Source of the DNA: Clostridia bacterium
GTDB taxonomy: Bacteria > Bacillota > Clostridia > Christensenellales > UBA1242
DNA: 54,080 nucleotides
Reading direction: 5' to 3'
Assembly: GCA_017619495.1 (NCBI GenBank)
Contig: JAFZSF010000018.1
Coordinates: 1 to 54,080 of the forward strand
A model generated the notes under the pieces. That model was not told the DNA's origin, ran no database searches, and worked only from the letters and a program-made list of their open reading frames with translations. The position numbers were made by a program, and so were the translations under genes. Below are positions 9,520 to 20,388 of the stretch, piece by piece. The stretch's first letter is position 1, and every line of letters begins with the position of its first letter.

Positions 9520-12486
9520 TTAGCGATTATTGATACTGTCAATCGGGTTTTTGCGGGCAATTCTGTAAACTGGTAATAAAGTTGAGATAAAGGCAACCCC
9601 CAAGCTGACCGCAATCAACAAACCAATTTGTCGGATACCAACCGTTAATAAAGTAATTTGGAACCCGAGTTCTTGGTACAAACTGCGGTTGATAAAGAAC
9701 GCCGCCACAAAAGTCGCAATTGTTGCCAAAGCGAAGTTAATTATCGCAATCACAAAACTTTCCGAAAAGAAAATTGAGAAGACATCTTTCTTGCCGGCAC
9801 CAATCGCACGCAAAACACCAATTTCGCGTTTTTTGTAGTTAATACTAATTGAAATAAAGTTCATTAACAAGAAGCTGGCAAAGACGGCAAAGCCAATACC
9901 AACATACAAGAAAACTTGTTTCATGTTGACAATCATGCTAGCGAAATTATCAATTTGGAACGAAGCCGAGAATTGAACATTATAACCATTACCATTATTG
10001 TTGTAGGTTACCAAATCTTTAACCAACGCATAATCCGAGTTATTACCTTTTAAACGCGTAATTAAATAGTCACAACCAGTGAACATTTCTTGGTAGCGGT
10101 TACTGGTCATAATGACCATGTCACCATTTGAATAATAACCAGGTTCATTATTCCATTGCGAATAAGAGTTACTGTAATGGATATCATAGTAACCATTTGT
10201 AATGGCAACAACTTCAAATTCGTACAAGGTATCGCCATTACGATTTTCAATGGTATATTTCAGTCCACCATCCAACAAAGCTTGCGGATCCGAAGTATCG
10301 TCTAAATAACTGGGGAAATTTTGGGTAATAATGACTTGATTATCTTGCAAATGATTAATATCAACACCAGCTTTAATATATTCCAGACCATTATCAACAA
10401 AGTTCCAGTACTGTTCGTCGGTTTCAGCATCAGCAGGCTTGTTATCGCCTTTACTGGGGTTATAATATAGTGTTTCGGCGGTATGGTTACCCCAGTAGTC
10501 GGTTACAGTTCTTGTCACCTTGTGAATGTCGTATTCCTTTTGGATTTGTTCAAGGGTATAAATATAATTTTTATAAAGCGAACTACTCCAATCTGGTTTT
10601 TCGTCACCGAGGTAGTATTTTAATTCACGCGACATAGTGTAACCGTCTGCTAAACTATTATATTTACTGGGTGCAACATAGCACATATTCAAAAGACCAT
10701 AGCTGGTAAGGCTTTGAATTTCATAATAAGAGATAAAACTCTGCATACTACCATTGGAACTGTTAGTTGCATCGGCTTCCGCAGTATATTTTGAAACATC
10801 AGTGTCGTCGCGCACGATACCGACGATTTTAGCGCCCTCATTGTGCCCTGAAACCCAAACATCATGTTCATCATCATAGTAAGTGTCAATATATTTAGAC
10901 AAACCAGCACCATTAAAAGTTTTTCCGCTAAGGTCACTAAATTTTTCAATGTTCTTATAATTGCGTTTAATACAATTAAACATGTGTTCGGAAATTACCA
11001 CTTCATCATCAGCAGTCGGATAGCTTCCGTCAATTAATTGCAATTTAAGATCCGTAGCCACGGTTGCGTCCAAAGGTAAAACCCCGGATAATGTCATACC
11101 GTAAATTGAAGGTCCATAGGAATAACTACTGCTGGATTGGTCTTTGGGTTCGGCATTGTTCAACGAATATGAAGCACCGGAAGAATAATAGGAATCCTTA
11201 CCCGGGTTAATAACTTCAAAAAAATTGTAATCAGTATGCCTTGCCTTAATTTTGGCAGCAGCGTCCTTGGTCATACCATTGGTTGATTTATAGCCATTTT
11301 GGTCAATTTCCACCGCGGAAATCGGTAAGTTGTGCGTATTGGTCATTTTCAAACTTTCATAAGTCGAAGTCGCAACATTGAAACTGGCCATTGTATCAGC
11401 AAGACCAAACAGCGCAAACGCTACAAATGATAATAAAATGGTAAAGAACAAACGAATAGGCTTATGTTTTAAGGAACTTGAACCCATTTTGAAAGCATCT
11501 TTGATTTTCATCTTAGAACGAATTAGCTTAAATTGTTTTGGGTCATAGTTTTTCAGAGCCACATCTTCTTTGGTGGTACTTTTGAACACTTCGCGATTAC
11601 CATCATCGGTAATAAAAGCCGTTTTCTTAATTTCACGATTCGGCTTTTCGTCAAACGAAATAATGGTATCTTGGTGGTCAGTGTTGGCGATAATCATTTG
11701 GTTGATTTTAACCAAATCATCTTTGTTCAACTGTTGACCTTTTTTAATATGGATAATTTTGTCATCAATAAAACTAACGCCAGAGGCACTCTTATCGGCA
11801 GCTACTTCGTGCTTAGTGTTATCACTGATAATATGACCATCTTTCAATTCAATTACGCGGTCACCATAAATTTCCGCAAATTCACGGTCGTGCGAAACGA
11901 TAATCACCAATTTTTCTTGGGACAATTTTTTCAAAGTGTCCATAACTTGCTTACCAGTGTTACTATCCAACGCCCCCGTCGGTTCGTCAGCCATAATAAT
12001 CTCTGGATCTTTAATCAGTGCACGCGCAATCGCAACACGCTGTTTTTGACCACCGGAAAGTTGGTTTGGTTTGCGTCTATAATAACCAGACAAATCGACT
12101 TTATCTAACAGTGCATTGACGGCGGCGTTATCAGCTTTCTTACCTTGTAATTCCAAAGCCAATGCTAAGTTCTTACCAATCGTAAATTCTTCCAAGATGT
12201 TATACTCCTGAAAGATAAAACCGATAAAAGTGTTACGATAAGCGTCAAAATCGCTTTGTTTGAAATCCTTAGATGATTTGCCTTTAATTAAAATTTCACC
12301 ATCATTAAAGGTATCCAGACCACCAATAGAATTTAAGAGAGTGGATTTACCACTACCACTTTTACCAAGTAAGAAAACCATACCGGTTTCCGGAAAATCA
12401 ATGCTAACCCGATCAAGTGCCACAACCTGCTTGACATCTTTTCCTTTAATTTTGTAGATCTTCGTTAAGTTTTTAACTGATAACAT
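9520..12486 (-). CDS. Fused ABC ATPase/FtsX-type permease (MacB-like)
   Basis: GKSGSGKST, LSGGQKQR, MADEPTGALD; large extracytoplasmic domain; EIGVLRAIGA and C-terminal TM helices. Confidence 0.93.
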   Translation of the reverse strand: MLSVKNLTKIYKIKGKDVKQVVALDRVSIDFPETGMVFLLGKSGSGKSTLLNSIGGLDTFNDGEILIKGKSSKDFKQSDFDAYRNTFIGFIFQEYNILEEFTIGKNLALALELQGKKADNAAVNALLDKVDLSGYYRRKPNQLSGGQKQRVAIARALIKDPEIIMADEPTGALDSNTGKQVMDTLKKLSQEKLVIIVSHDREFAEIYGDRVIELKDGHIISDNTKHEVAADKSASGVSFIDDKIIHIKKGQQLNKDDLVKINQMIIANTDHQDTIISFDEKPNREIKKTAFITDDGNREVFKSTTKEDVALKNYDPKQFKLIRSKMKIKDAFKMGSSSLKHKPIRLFFTILLSFVAFALFGLADTMASFNVATSTYESLKMTNTHNLPISAVEIDQNGYKSTNGMTKDAAAKIKARHTDYNFFEVINPGKDSYYSSGASYSLNNAEPKDQSSSSYSYGPSIYGMTLSGVLPLDATVATDLKLQLIDGSYPTADDEVVISEHMFNCIKRNYKNIEKFSDLSGKTFNGAGLSKYIDTYYDDEHDVWVSGHNEGAKIVGIVRDDTDVSKYTAEADATNSSNGSMQSFISYYEIQSLTSYGLLNMCYVAPSKYNSLADGYTMSRELKYYLGDEKPDWSSSLYKNYIYTLEQIQKEYDIHKVTRTVTDYWGNHTAETLYYNPSKGDNKPADAETDEQYWNFVDNGLEYIKAGVDINHLQDNQVIITQNFPSYLDDTSDPQALLDGGLKYTIENRNGDTLYEFEVVAITNGYYDIHYSNSYSQWNNEPGYYSNGDMVIMTSNRYQEMFTGCDYLITRLKGNNSDYALVKDLVTYNNNGNGYNVQFSASFQIDNFASMIVNMKQVFLYVGIGFAVFASFLLMNFISISINYKKREIGVLRAIGAGKKDVFSIFFSESFVIAIINFALATIATFVAAFFINRSLYQELGFQITLLTVGIRQIGLLIAVSLGVAFISTLLPVYRIARKNPIDSINNR

Positions 12487-12582
12487 TTTTACCTACCTTT
12501 TAATAAAGTTTAGATTACTATAAACGCTAACACAAGCATATTTTATTTGTTAATAAATACAAATTTTAAATTTCCAATTTAC

Positions 12583-12616
12583 AAAAAGAAGTTTCGCCGA
12601 GTGACGAAACTTCTTT
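12583..12616 (-). terminator. Intrinsic terminator after rpoB-rpoC-secG
   Basis: AAAGAAGTTTCG-n8-CGAAACTTCTTT with T tract on the minus strand. Confidence 0.85.
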
Positions 12617-12621
12617 GATGA

Positions 12622-12957
12622 TTATTCTGTTGCACCACTCATATTAAAGATACCGAACATGATAAAGAAAACAATAGTCAAAACGGCAATCGTGCAAGCA
12701 CAAATGATAATCAAATTGCGGATACGACCAAGATTATTTTTGTTACGATTTTTGGTGTAGTAACTTTCCGCGGCACCAGTAATGGCGTTAGTGCCAGTGC
12801 CATTATCCGGCGGGGATACCAAGATTGCCACAATCATAATGATACTTATCAAACTGATCAAGCCAATGATAATACCTTGCATAACCGGAAAACTGTCCGC
12901 AATCCACTTGGGGCGCTCCGACGGAGCCATTAATAAATTAATCAAATTATTTAACAT
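12622..12957 (-). CDS. secG: Preprotein translocase subunit SecG
   Basis: Two TM helices flanking [12 protein letters not shown]; overlaps the rpoC stop. Confidence 0.8.
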   Translation of the reverse strand: MLNNLINLLMAPSERPKWIADSFPVMQGIIIGLISLISIIMIVAILVSPPDNGTGTNAITGAAESYYTKNRNKNNLGRIRNLIIICACTIAVLTIVFFIMFGIFNMSGATE

Positions 12958-15900
12958 TTTTGTACCCTACATTTTGATAAAATTTCATACCAGTACCAGC
13001 TGGAATCAGCTTACCAAAGATAACATTTTCTTTAAGACCTTGTAAGTGGTCAACTTTATTTTTGACTGCAGCGTCGACCAATACAGAACTGGTTTCTTGG
13101 AAGGACGCAGCCGACAAGAAACTATCTGTGCGCAATGCAGCTTTGGTAATTGGCAATAAGACACGAGTTGCACGCGCTGGTTTTTTACCGTCGTTAATTG
13201 CCAACAAGTTCTTGTGTTCAAATTCAATGACATCGACCACTGAACCAATTTGGAAATCAGTGTCGCCAGCATCTTCGATTTTAACTTTCTTCAACATCTG
13301 TCTTACAATTATTTCCAAATGCTTATTGTTAATCGAAATATCTTGTGTTTTATAAACTTTAATGATTTCAGTAATCAAGTAATCTTGTACCGCTTTAATA
13401 CCTTTGTTACGCAAAATATCGTGCGGATTGAAGACACCTTCGGTCAAAGCTGAACCCGGTTCCACTACATCGCCCTTCTTGACGATCACTTTCATACTGG
13501 CTGGAATCAAGTACGGAACTTCTTTACCTTCGTTAGTCTTAATCACGACTTCAACACGCTTTTCAATTGGGTTAACAGCAGAAACAGTACCACCAACATC
13601 GCTGACCAAAACCACCCCCTTGGGAACGCGCGCTTCCAAAACTTCTTCAACACGCGGCAAACCTTCGGTAATGTTTGAAACCGCAATACCACCACTGTGC
13701 TTGGTACGCATGGTTAACTGAGTACCCGGTTCACCAATGGATTGAGCAGCAATAATACCGACTGGCTCACCCACGCTAACGATTTCGTGACCACTCATAT
13801 CGCGACCATAACATTTAGCGCAGACACCGTGTTTACATTTACAAGTCAATACGCTACGAATCTCAACTTCTTTAATACCAGCAGCTTCAATGCGATCAGC
13901 AGCTTCATCGGAAATCATAGTATCAGCGTGAACCAAAACTTCTTTGGTCTTCGGATCAACAACATCACGCACGGCGAAACGACCTTTAATACGGCTGGCC
14001 AAGTGTTTGACATAACCGTCCATACGCAATTCAGTCATAACCATACCCTTCGGCTTTTCACCCAGAGTAGCGAAACAGTCTTCTTCGGTAACAATAACAT
14101 CTTGTGCTACATCGACCAAACGACGCGTCAAGTAACCAGCGTCAGAGGTCTTCAATGCTGTATCAGCCAAACCTTTACGACCACCACGCGATGATAAGAA
14201 GTATTCTAACGGAGACAGACCTAAACGATAGCAACCTTTCGTTGGGACATCTTCTTTTTGTCCAGAAACATTCGCGATAATACCACGCATACCAGATAGC
14301 TGCATAATCTGTTTGTTTGAACCACGCGCACCAGATGTTGCCATCATACGAATAGGATTTGTTTTACCCAAAACACTAATTACATCATCTTGAATTTTAT
14401 CGGTAGCTTCTTTCCACAAAGCGATATTGCGGTCTAATTTTTCATCAAGGCTCAACTCACCTTCGGCATAAGCTTGTTCAATCTTTTTAACCTTTGCTTC
14501 GGTATCCTTAATAATTTGTTCACGATCAGCAGGAATAGTAGCATCGAAAACTGACAATGAAATTGAACCCAAAGTTGAATATTTGAAACCAACAGTTTTA
14601 ATCTTATCAATTGATTCACTAGTCACAGTAGCACCATGAACTTCAAAGATTTTAACGATCAAATTGTTGATATCTTTCTTGACAACTTCTTTGTTATATT
14701 CATAAGCGAATTTATTTTCCGGCTTACTACGATCAACAATACCAATATCTTGCGGGAAACATTGGTTGAATAAGATACGACCAACAGTAGTTTCCACACG
14801 ACCGAATTCTTCTACTTCGTCCATGTTACCTTCAATTTCAAAGTTTGAACGACGCACTTGAATTTTAGCATGCAAATCCAATTCGCCAACATTATAGGCG
14901 TAAATTGCTTCGTTTTCGTCTTTGTAAATATTACCCTCACCTTTGGCACCATCAATTTGTTGGGTCATATAGTAGCAACCCAAAATAATATCCTGTGTCG
15001 GAGTAACAACGGATTTTGAATCACTTGGTTTCAAAATATTATTTGAAGCCAACATCAAAATACGGGCTTCGGCTTGGGCTTCTGGGGACAACGGAACATG
15101 GACGGTCATTTGGTCACCATCAAAGTCCGCGTTAAACGCAGTACAAACCAAGGGGTGTAAACGAATCGCACGACCATCAATCAAAACTGGTTCAAAAGCT
15201 TGAATTGATAATTTGTGCAATGTGGGTTGTCGGTTCAACAAAACCGGATGGTCACGAACGACTTCTTCCAAAATATCCCAAACTTGTGGTTTTTCGCGTT
15301 CAATCAAACGCTTAGCACTACGGCTGTGATGAGCCAAGCCCATATCAACCAATTTTTTCATAACAAATGGTTTGAATAATTCTAATGCCATTTCTTTAGG
15401 TAAACCAACTTGATAGTGCTTCAATTCCGGACCAACAACAATAACCGTTCGACCTGAATAGTCAACACGCTTACCTAACAAATTATTACGGAAACGACCT
15501 TGTTTACCACGCAAACCCTCGGCCAATGATTTTAACGGACGACCTTTGGCACCTTGCACTGCTTTACCACGGCGACCGTTATCAATTAATGCATCAACAG
15601 CTTCTTGTAACATACGCTTTTCGTTACGAATAATAACTTCGGGTGCACCCAATGAAATTAATTTTTTCAAACGGTTATTACGGTTAATAACACGACGATA
15701 CAAGTCATTAACATCGGTTGTTGCGAAGCGACCACCATCAATTTGTACCATCGGACGCAATTCCGGCGGAGTTACCGGTAAAACATCCATAACCATCCAT
15801 TCCGGACGGTTGCCACTTTGCTTAAATGATTCCAACAAATCTAAGCGTTTAATGGCTTTTTCGCGTTTGGCACCTTTACCAGATGCAATGATTTCGTTAC

Positions 15901-16474
15901 ATTCTTTAATTTCTTTATCTAAGTCCAAAGCCGCTAGCATTGATTTAATTGCTTCGGCACCCATACCATATTTAAATGAATTGGCACCAAATTTTTCTAA
16001 TGCTTCATGTAATTCACGGTCAGACAAAATTTGACCATAAGTTAAAGTGGTTTTGCCAGGATCAATCACAACGAAGGAAACAAAATAAATTACTTGTTCC
16101 AAGTTTTTAATGGTCATATTTAACAAAGTACCAATCTTAGATGGAACACCTTTGAAATACCAAATGTGAACAACCGGTGCCGCCAGTTCAATGTGGCCCA
16201 TGCGTTCGCGACGCACGATTGAACGCGTAACTTCTACACCGCACTTGTCGCAAACAGTTCCTTTATAGCGGATTAATTTATATTTACCGCAGGAACATTG
16301 CCAATCTTTCTTAGGTCCAAAGATGCGTTCACAAAACAAGCCATCTTTTTCTGGTTTTTGGGTACGATAGTTAATCGTTTCAGGTTTAGTAACTTCACCA
16401 TGACTCCATTCACGGATTTTATCTGGGCTGGCAATACTGATTTTCAAACTTTCAAAATTATTTAACTCAAACAT
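12947..16474 (-). CDS. rpoC: RNA polymerase beta' subunit
   Basis: NADFDGD, Zn-finger cysteines, GKRVDYSGR. Confidence 0.99.
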   Translation of the reverse strand: MFELNNFESLKISIASPDKIREWSHGEVTKPETINYRTQKPEKDGLFCERIFGPKKDWQCSCGKYKLIRYKGTVCDKCGVEVTRSIVRRERMGHIELAAPVVHIWYFKGVPSKIGTLLNMTIKNLEQVIYFVSFVVIDPGKTTLTYGQILSDRELHEALEKFGANSFKYGMGAEAIKSMLAALDLDKEIKECNEIIASGKGAKREKAIKRLDLLESFKQSGNRPEWMVMDVLPVTPPELRPMVQIDGGRFATTDVNDLYRRVINRNNRLKKLISLGAPEVIIRNEKRMLQEAVDALIDNGRRGKAVQGAKGRPLKSLAEGLRGKQGRFRNNLLGKRVDYSGRTVIVVGPELKHYQVGLPKEMALELFKPFVMKKLVDMGLAHHSRSAKRLIEREKPQVWDILEEVVRDHPVLLNRQPTLHKLSIQAFEPVLIDGRAIRLHPLVCTAFNADFDGDQMTVHVPLSPEAQAEARILMLASNNILKPSDSKSVVTPTQDIILGCYYMTQQIDGAKGEGNIYKDENEAIYAYNVGELDLHAKIQVRRSNFEIEGNMDEVEEFGRVETTVGRILFNQCFPQDIGIVDRSKPENKFAYEYNKEVVKKDINNLIVKIFEVHGATVTSESIDKIKTVGFKYSTLGSISLSVFDATIPADREQIIKDTEAKVKKIEQAYAEGELSLDEKLDRNIALWKEATDKIQDDVISVLGKTNPIRMMATSGARGSNKQIMQLSGMRGIIANVSGQKEDVPTKGCYRLGLSPLEYFLSSRGGRKGLADTALKTSDAGYLTRRLVDVAQDVIVTEEDCFATLGEKPKGMVMTELRMDGYVKHLASRIKGRFAVRDVVDPKTKEVLVHADTMISDEAADRIEAAGIKEVEIRSVLTCKCKHGVCAKCYGRDMSGHEIVSVGEPVGIIAAQSIGEPGTQLTMRTKHSGGIAVSNITEGLPRVEEVLEARVPKGVVLVSDVGGTVSAVNPIEKRVEVVIKTNEGKEVPYLIPASMKVIVKKGDVVEPGSALTEGVFNPHDILRNKGIKAVQDYLITEIIKVYKTQDISINNKHLEIIVRQMLKKVKIEDAGDTDFQIGSVVDVIEFEHKNLLAINDGKKPARATRVLLPITKAALRTDSFLSAASFQETSSVLVDAAVKNKVDHLQGLKENVIFGKLIPAGTGMKFYQNVGYKNVK

Positions 16475-16494
16475 TTTCTTTTTCCTTCTCCTTA

Positions 16495-19400
16495 TTATTC
16501 CTCATCAAACAATTGTTCAATATCGAACATTTCTAAGTCATCAGCAGCAGGTTCTTCGACTTTTTCTTGATCAAATTCGATTTCAGCTTCGGTTTCTTGC
16601 TTTTCGTCAGCTTCAACATTAGCTAACATTTCCGCATCATCAACCAACGCATCAATCTTTTCTAATTCGACTTCTTTCTTGTCGGCAGTATAAATACCAA
16701 CATCAAAGCCAAGACCTTGTAATTCACGAATCATAACTTTACTTGCTTCTGGAATACCTGGATCAGGCAATTTAGTGCCATTAACAATTGAAACATAAGT
16801 TTTGGTACGACCTTGCACATCATCAGATTTAACGGTCAACATTTCTTGTAAGATATGGGCGGCACCATAAGCTTCCAAAGCCCAGACCTCCATTTCACCC
16901 ATACGCTGACCACCGAATTGGGCTTTACCACCCAACGGCTGTTGCGTTACCAAACTATATGCACCAGTTGAACGAGCGTGAATCTTGGTATCAACCATGT
17001 GGTGTAATTTCAACATGTACATATAACCGACAGTAGTACGGTTTTGGAATGGTTCACCAGTACGACCATCATACAATTGCATCTTACCATCTTCCGGTAA
17101 ACCGTTTTTGCGTAACAATTCTTGAATATCGTTTTCATTAGCACCATTGAAGACCGGAGTTGCAACTTTCCAACCTAAAGTCTTAGCCACTAAGCCCAAA
17201 GAAACTTCCAACAACTGACCAATATTCAAACGCGAAGGAACACCCAACGGGTTCAAAACAATATCAACCGGAGTTCCATCAGCCATGTACGGCATATCTT
17301 CAACTGGCAAAATCTTAGAAACAATACCCTTGTTACCATGACGACCGGTCATCTTATCACCAACTTTAATGTTGCGTTTTTGTGCGATGGTAACTTTAAT
17401 AATTTCATTAACGCCAACATCCATTTCATCGTGGTTCTTACGACTGAAACATTCTACGGCAACAACGACACCATCTTTACCATTTTCAACACGCATTGAC
17501 GAATCACGCACTTCACGCGATTTTTCACCAAAGATGGCGCGCAACAAGCGTTCTTCTGGTGTTAACTCAGACTCACCTTTCGGAGTAACCTTACCAACCA
17601 AGATATCACCAGTACGAACGAATGAACCCACACGCACAATACCGCGTTCGTCAAGGTTCGCCAAGGCATCTTCACTTAAATTCGGAATATCACGCGTAAT
17701 TTCCTCATCACCCAATTTGGTAGTACGCACTTTACATTCTTTCAAGTGTAAAGCAATTGAAGTAAACTTATCTTCTTTAACAACGCGTTCAGAAATCAAG
17801 ATCGCGTCCTCAAAGTTGTAACCTTCCCAGTTCATATAGGCGACGCACATGTTTTTTCCGATTGCCAATTCCCCATTGCAGGTAGCGTAACCATCGGTAA
17901 TAATTTCGCCAGCCTTAACTTTATCACCTTTACGCACAATCGGTTTTTGGTTAATACAAGCTTCTTCGTTGTAACGAGTAAATTTAGTCAATTTATAGAA
18001 ATCGTGTTCATGGTTATCGTCGCGCTCAATTACAATTTGGTCACCAGTTACCGAAATAACAGTACCAGCGGCCTTAGCGGTCAACATAACATTACTATCC
18101 AACGCAGCACGGTGTTCCAAACCGGTTGCAACCAATGGAACTTCGGTCTTGATTAAAGATACCGCTTGGCGTTGCATGTTAGAACCCAACAAAGCACGAC
18201 CCGTATCATCATTACTCAGGAAAGGAATTAAAGCGGTTGCCAAAGAAACGAATTGACGCGGGCTGGCATCAATATAATCAACGCTTTCGCGCGGCATATC
18301 CAAGATAATATCGCGGTGACGGCAAGTAACAAATTCATGTAACAAGCGACCTTCTTCGTCCAATGGTTCGGTTGCTTGGGCCACATAGAAAGCGTCTTCT
18401 TCATCAGCGGTTAAATAATCTACGATATCGGTAACTTTACCAGTAGCCTTGTCAATACGACGCAACGGCGCAGTAATGAAACCATATTCGTTAATTTGTG
18501 CGAACATAGCCAAACTGTTAACCAAACCAATCGATTGACCTTCGGGAGTTTCAACCGCACAAAGACGACCATTATGGGTATAGTGCAAGTCACGGACTTC
18601 ACTGGTAGCGCGTTCCTTTACGATACCACCTGGACCAACGGCTGTAATTTTACGCTTTTGAGTAATTTCGGTTAAAGGGTTATTGGTATCCATCACATGG
18701 GACAATTGCGATACGGCACAGAAGTCACGCAAAGCACGCGTAATCGCTTTCGCATTAATAATATTTAACGGATTGATTGACTTGCTGTTGATTTCCATGG
18801 TTTGCATAGTTTCACGCATGCTATTGCGTAATTTCAACATACCATCTTTAAAGTGACGCGCCATCAAGTCACCAACCGTATTTAAGCGACGGTTACCCAA
18901 GTGGTCAATGTTATCCTCGTAGCCAACGCCGTCACACATATTCAACAAATAAGAAACCGAAGCAATAATATCATCGCGGTGTAAGTGACGCATTACCAAT
19001 TCTTTGGCATTTTCTTTAACGGCTTTAATCTTTTCTGCCTTGGTGTTTTTACCTTCCAAAACTTTTAACAAAGTTGGATAGTGAACCAATTCTTTAATAC
19101 CAGTATCGTGTTCGGTGCAATCCAAATATGCGTTGACATTAACACGGTTATTACCAATTACTTGAACAGCATCGCCAAGTTCATTCTTAATTGTAACAAC
19201 ATTAATACCGGCATTTTGAATTTTATCAGCCGTTTGCTTATCAATTTCGGTATCATGAGGTACAACAATTTTACCGTTGATTTTAATATCTTCGGCAGCA
19301 ATGTGTTTCAAAATACGTGTACTGATGCAAAGTTTTTTGTTGAATTTATAACGACCAACAACTGCCAAGTCATAATTCGGGAAGGTAAAGAACATGCTGT

Positions 19401-20220
19401 TCAAGCTGCTTTCCATAACATCGGCGTTTGGTAATTCTGATGGACGCATTTTGCGTGACAATTCCAACAAGGCTTTTTCCTTAGATACTTGTTCGCCGCC
19501 GTCATTCAATTTATCAATTGTCGCTTTTAAAACTGGGTGATGAGCAAAAGTTTCTAATAATTCTTGATCATTCCCTAAGTCCAAAGCACGCAAGAAAGTT
19601 ACCAAATTAACCTTGTTAGCCTTGTTCGGACTAACCGAAATAATATTGTTAACATCTTTGGTCATTTCAATATAAGCACCATGCGTTGGGCTCATCGTGC
19701 ATTCGATAATTTCTTTGCCAGTTTTATGGTCCTTAGAACGATTGAAATAGACACTTGGACTCTTGATAATTTGGTTAACGATAACACGCGCTACCCCATT
19801 AACAATGAAATAACCGCTGTCGGTCATTTGCGGAACATCACCCAAGAAAACATCTTGTTCGATGACTTCGTTAGTTTTGTGCCCTTCGGCGTCTTCTTTA
19901 AATACTACACGCACTTTTACACGCAATGGTTTTACATACATTTGACCACGACGCAAACATTCACTTTCGTTATATTTCGCATCATCACTGATGTAATAAT
20001 CCAAGAAGTACACTTCACATTTACCAGAGTAATCAGTAATGGGATTAAATTCATCTAACACTTCGCGAATGCCTTGGTTAATGAAACGCTTAAAACTCTC
20101 CTTTTGAATGTCTAAAAGATAGGGGACCGGAAGCAACTCCGGAACTCTGCGGAATGTCATACGCTCCGTTTTTCCGTAGGTGTCCTTAAAAAGTCCCGTC
20201 TTTTTAAGATTAACAGCCAT
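16495..20220 (-). CDS. rpoB: RNA polymerase beta subunit
   Basis: [31 protein letters not shown]; start set to ATG 20220 behind AGGAAGG. Confidence 0.99.
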   Translation of the reverse strand: MAVNLKKTGLFKDTYGKTERMTFRRVPELLPVPYLLDIQKESFKRFINQGIREVLDEFNPITDYSGKCEVYFLDYYISDDAKYNESECLRRGQMYVKPLRVKVRVVFKEDAEGHKTNEVIEQDVFLGDVPQMTDSGYFIVNGVARVIVNQIIKSPSVYFNRSKDHKTGKEIIECTMSPTHGAYIEMTKDVNNIISVSPNKANKVNLVTFLRALDLGNDQELLETFAHHPVLKATIDKLNDGGEQVSKEKALLELSRKMRPSELPNADVMESSLNSMFFTFPNYDLAVVGRYKFNKKLCISTRILKHIAAEDIKINGKIVVPHDTEIDKQTADKIQNAGINVVTIKNELGDAVQVIGNNRVNVNAYLDCTEHDTGIKELVHYPTLLKVLEGKNTKAEKIKAVKENAKELVMRHLHRDDIIASVSYLLNMCDGVGYEDNIDHLGNRRLNTVGDLMARHFKDGMLKLRNSMRETMQTMEINSKSINPLNIINAKAITRALRDFCAVSQLSHVMDTNNPLTEITQKRKITAVGPGGIVKERATSEVRDLHYTHNGRLCAVETPEGQSIGLVNSLAMFAQINEYGFITAPLRRIDKATGKVTDIVDYLTADEEDAFYVAQATEPLDEEGRLLHEFVTCRHRDIILDMPRESVDYIDASPRQFVSLATALIPFLSNDDTGRALLGSNMQRQAVSLIKTEVPLVATGLEHRAALDSNVMLTAKAAGTVISVTGDQIVIERDDNHEHDFYKLTKFTRYNEEACINQKPIVRKGDKVKAGEIITDGYATCNGELAIGKNMCVAYMNWEGYNFEDAILISERVVKEDKFTSIALHLKECKVRTTKLGDEEITRDIPNLSEDALANLDERGIVRVGSFVRTGDILVGKVTPKGESELTPEERLLRAIFGEKSREVRDSSMRVENGKDGVVVAVECFSRKNHDEMDVGVNEIIKVTIAQKRNIKVGDKMTGRHGNKGIVSKILPVEDMPYMADGTPVDIVLNPLGVPSRLNIGQLLEVSLGLVAKTLGWKVATPVFNGANENDIQELLRKNGLPEDGKMQLYDGRTGEPFQNRTTVGYMYMLKLHHMVDTKIHARSTGAYSLVTQQPLGGKAQFGGQRMGEMEVWALEAYGAAHILQEMLTVKSDDVQGRTKTYVSIVNGTKLPDPGIPEASKVMIRELQGLGFDVGIYTADKKEVELEKIDALVDDAEMLANVEADEKQETEAEIEFDQEKVEEPAADDLEMFDIEQLFDEE

Positions 20221-20293
20221 TTTTACCTTCCTTATAATATATTTTTTGCCGGGCTTTATTTCAATCCGCCCAGTCAAAATTACACAATGAGAA

Positions 20294-20322
20294 AAAATAT
20301 CATATTTTCATACTAATGTCAA
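20294..20322 (-). promoter_or_regulatory. Putative sigma-A promoter of rpoBC
   Basis: TTGACA-17-TATTTT with an extended TG. Confidence 0.55.
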
Positions 20323-20346
20323 ACACTTTTTCAAAAGCGGACAAGC

Positions 20347-20380
20347 AAAAACCGCCTTGCTTTAAATGTGAAGGCGGTTT
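20347..20380 (-). terminator. Intrinsic terminator of the 1163-aa gene
   Basis: AAACCGCCTT-n12-AAGGCGGTTT followed by Ts on the minus strand. Confidence 0.8.
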
Positions 20381-20388
20381 AGTTTTAA

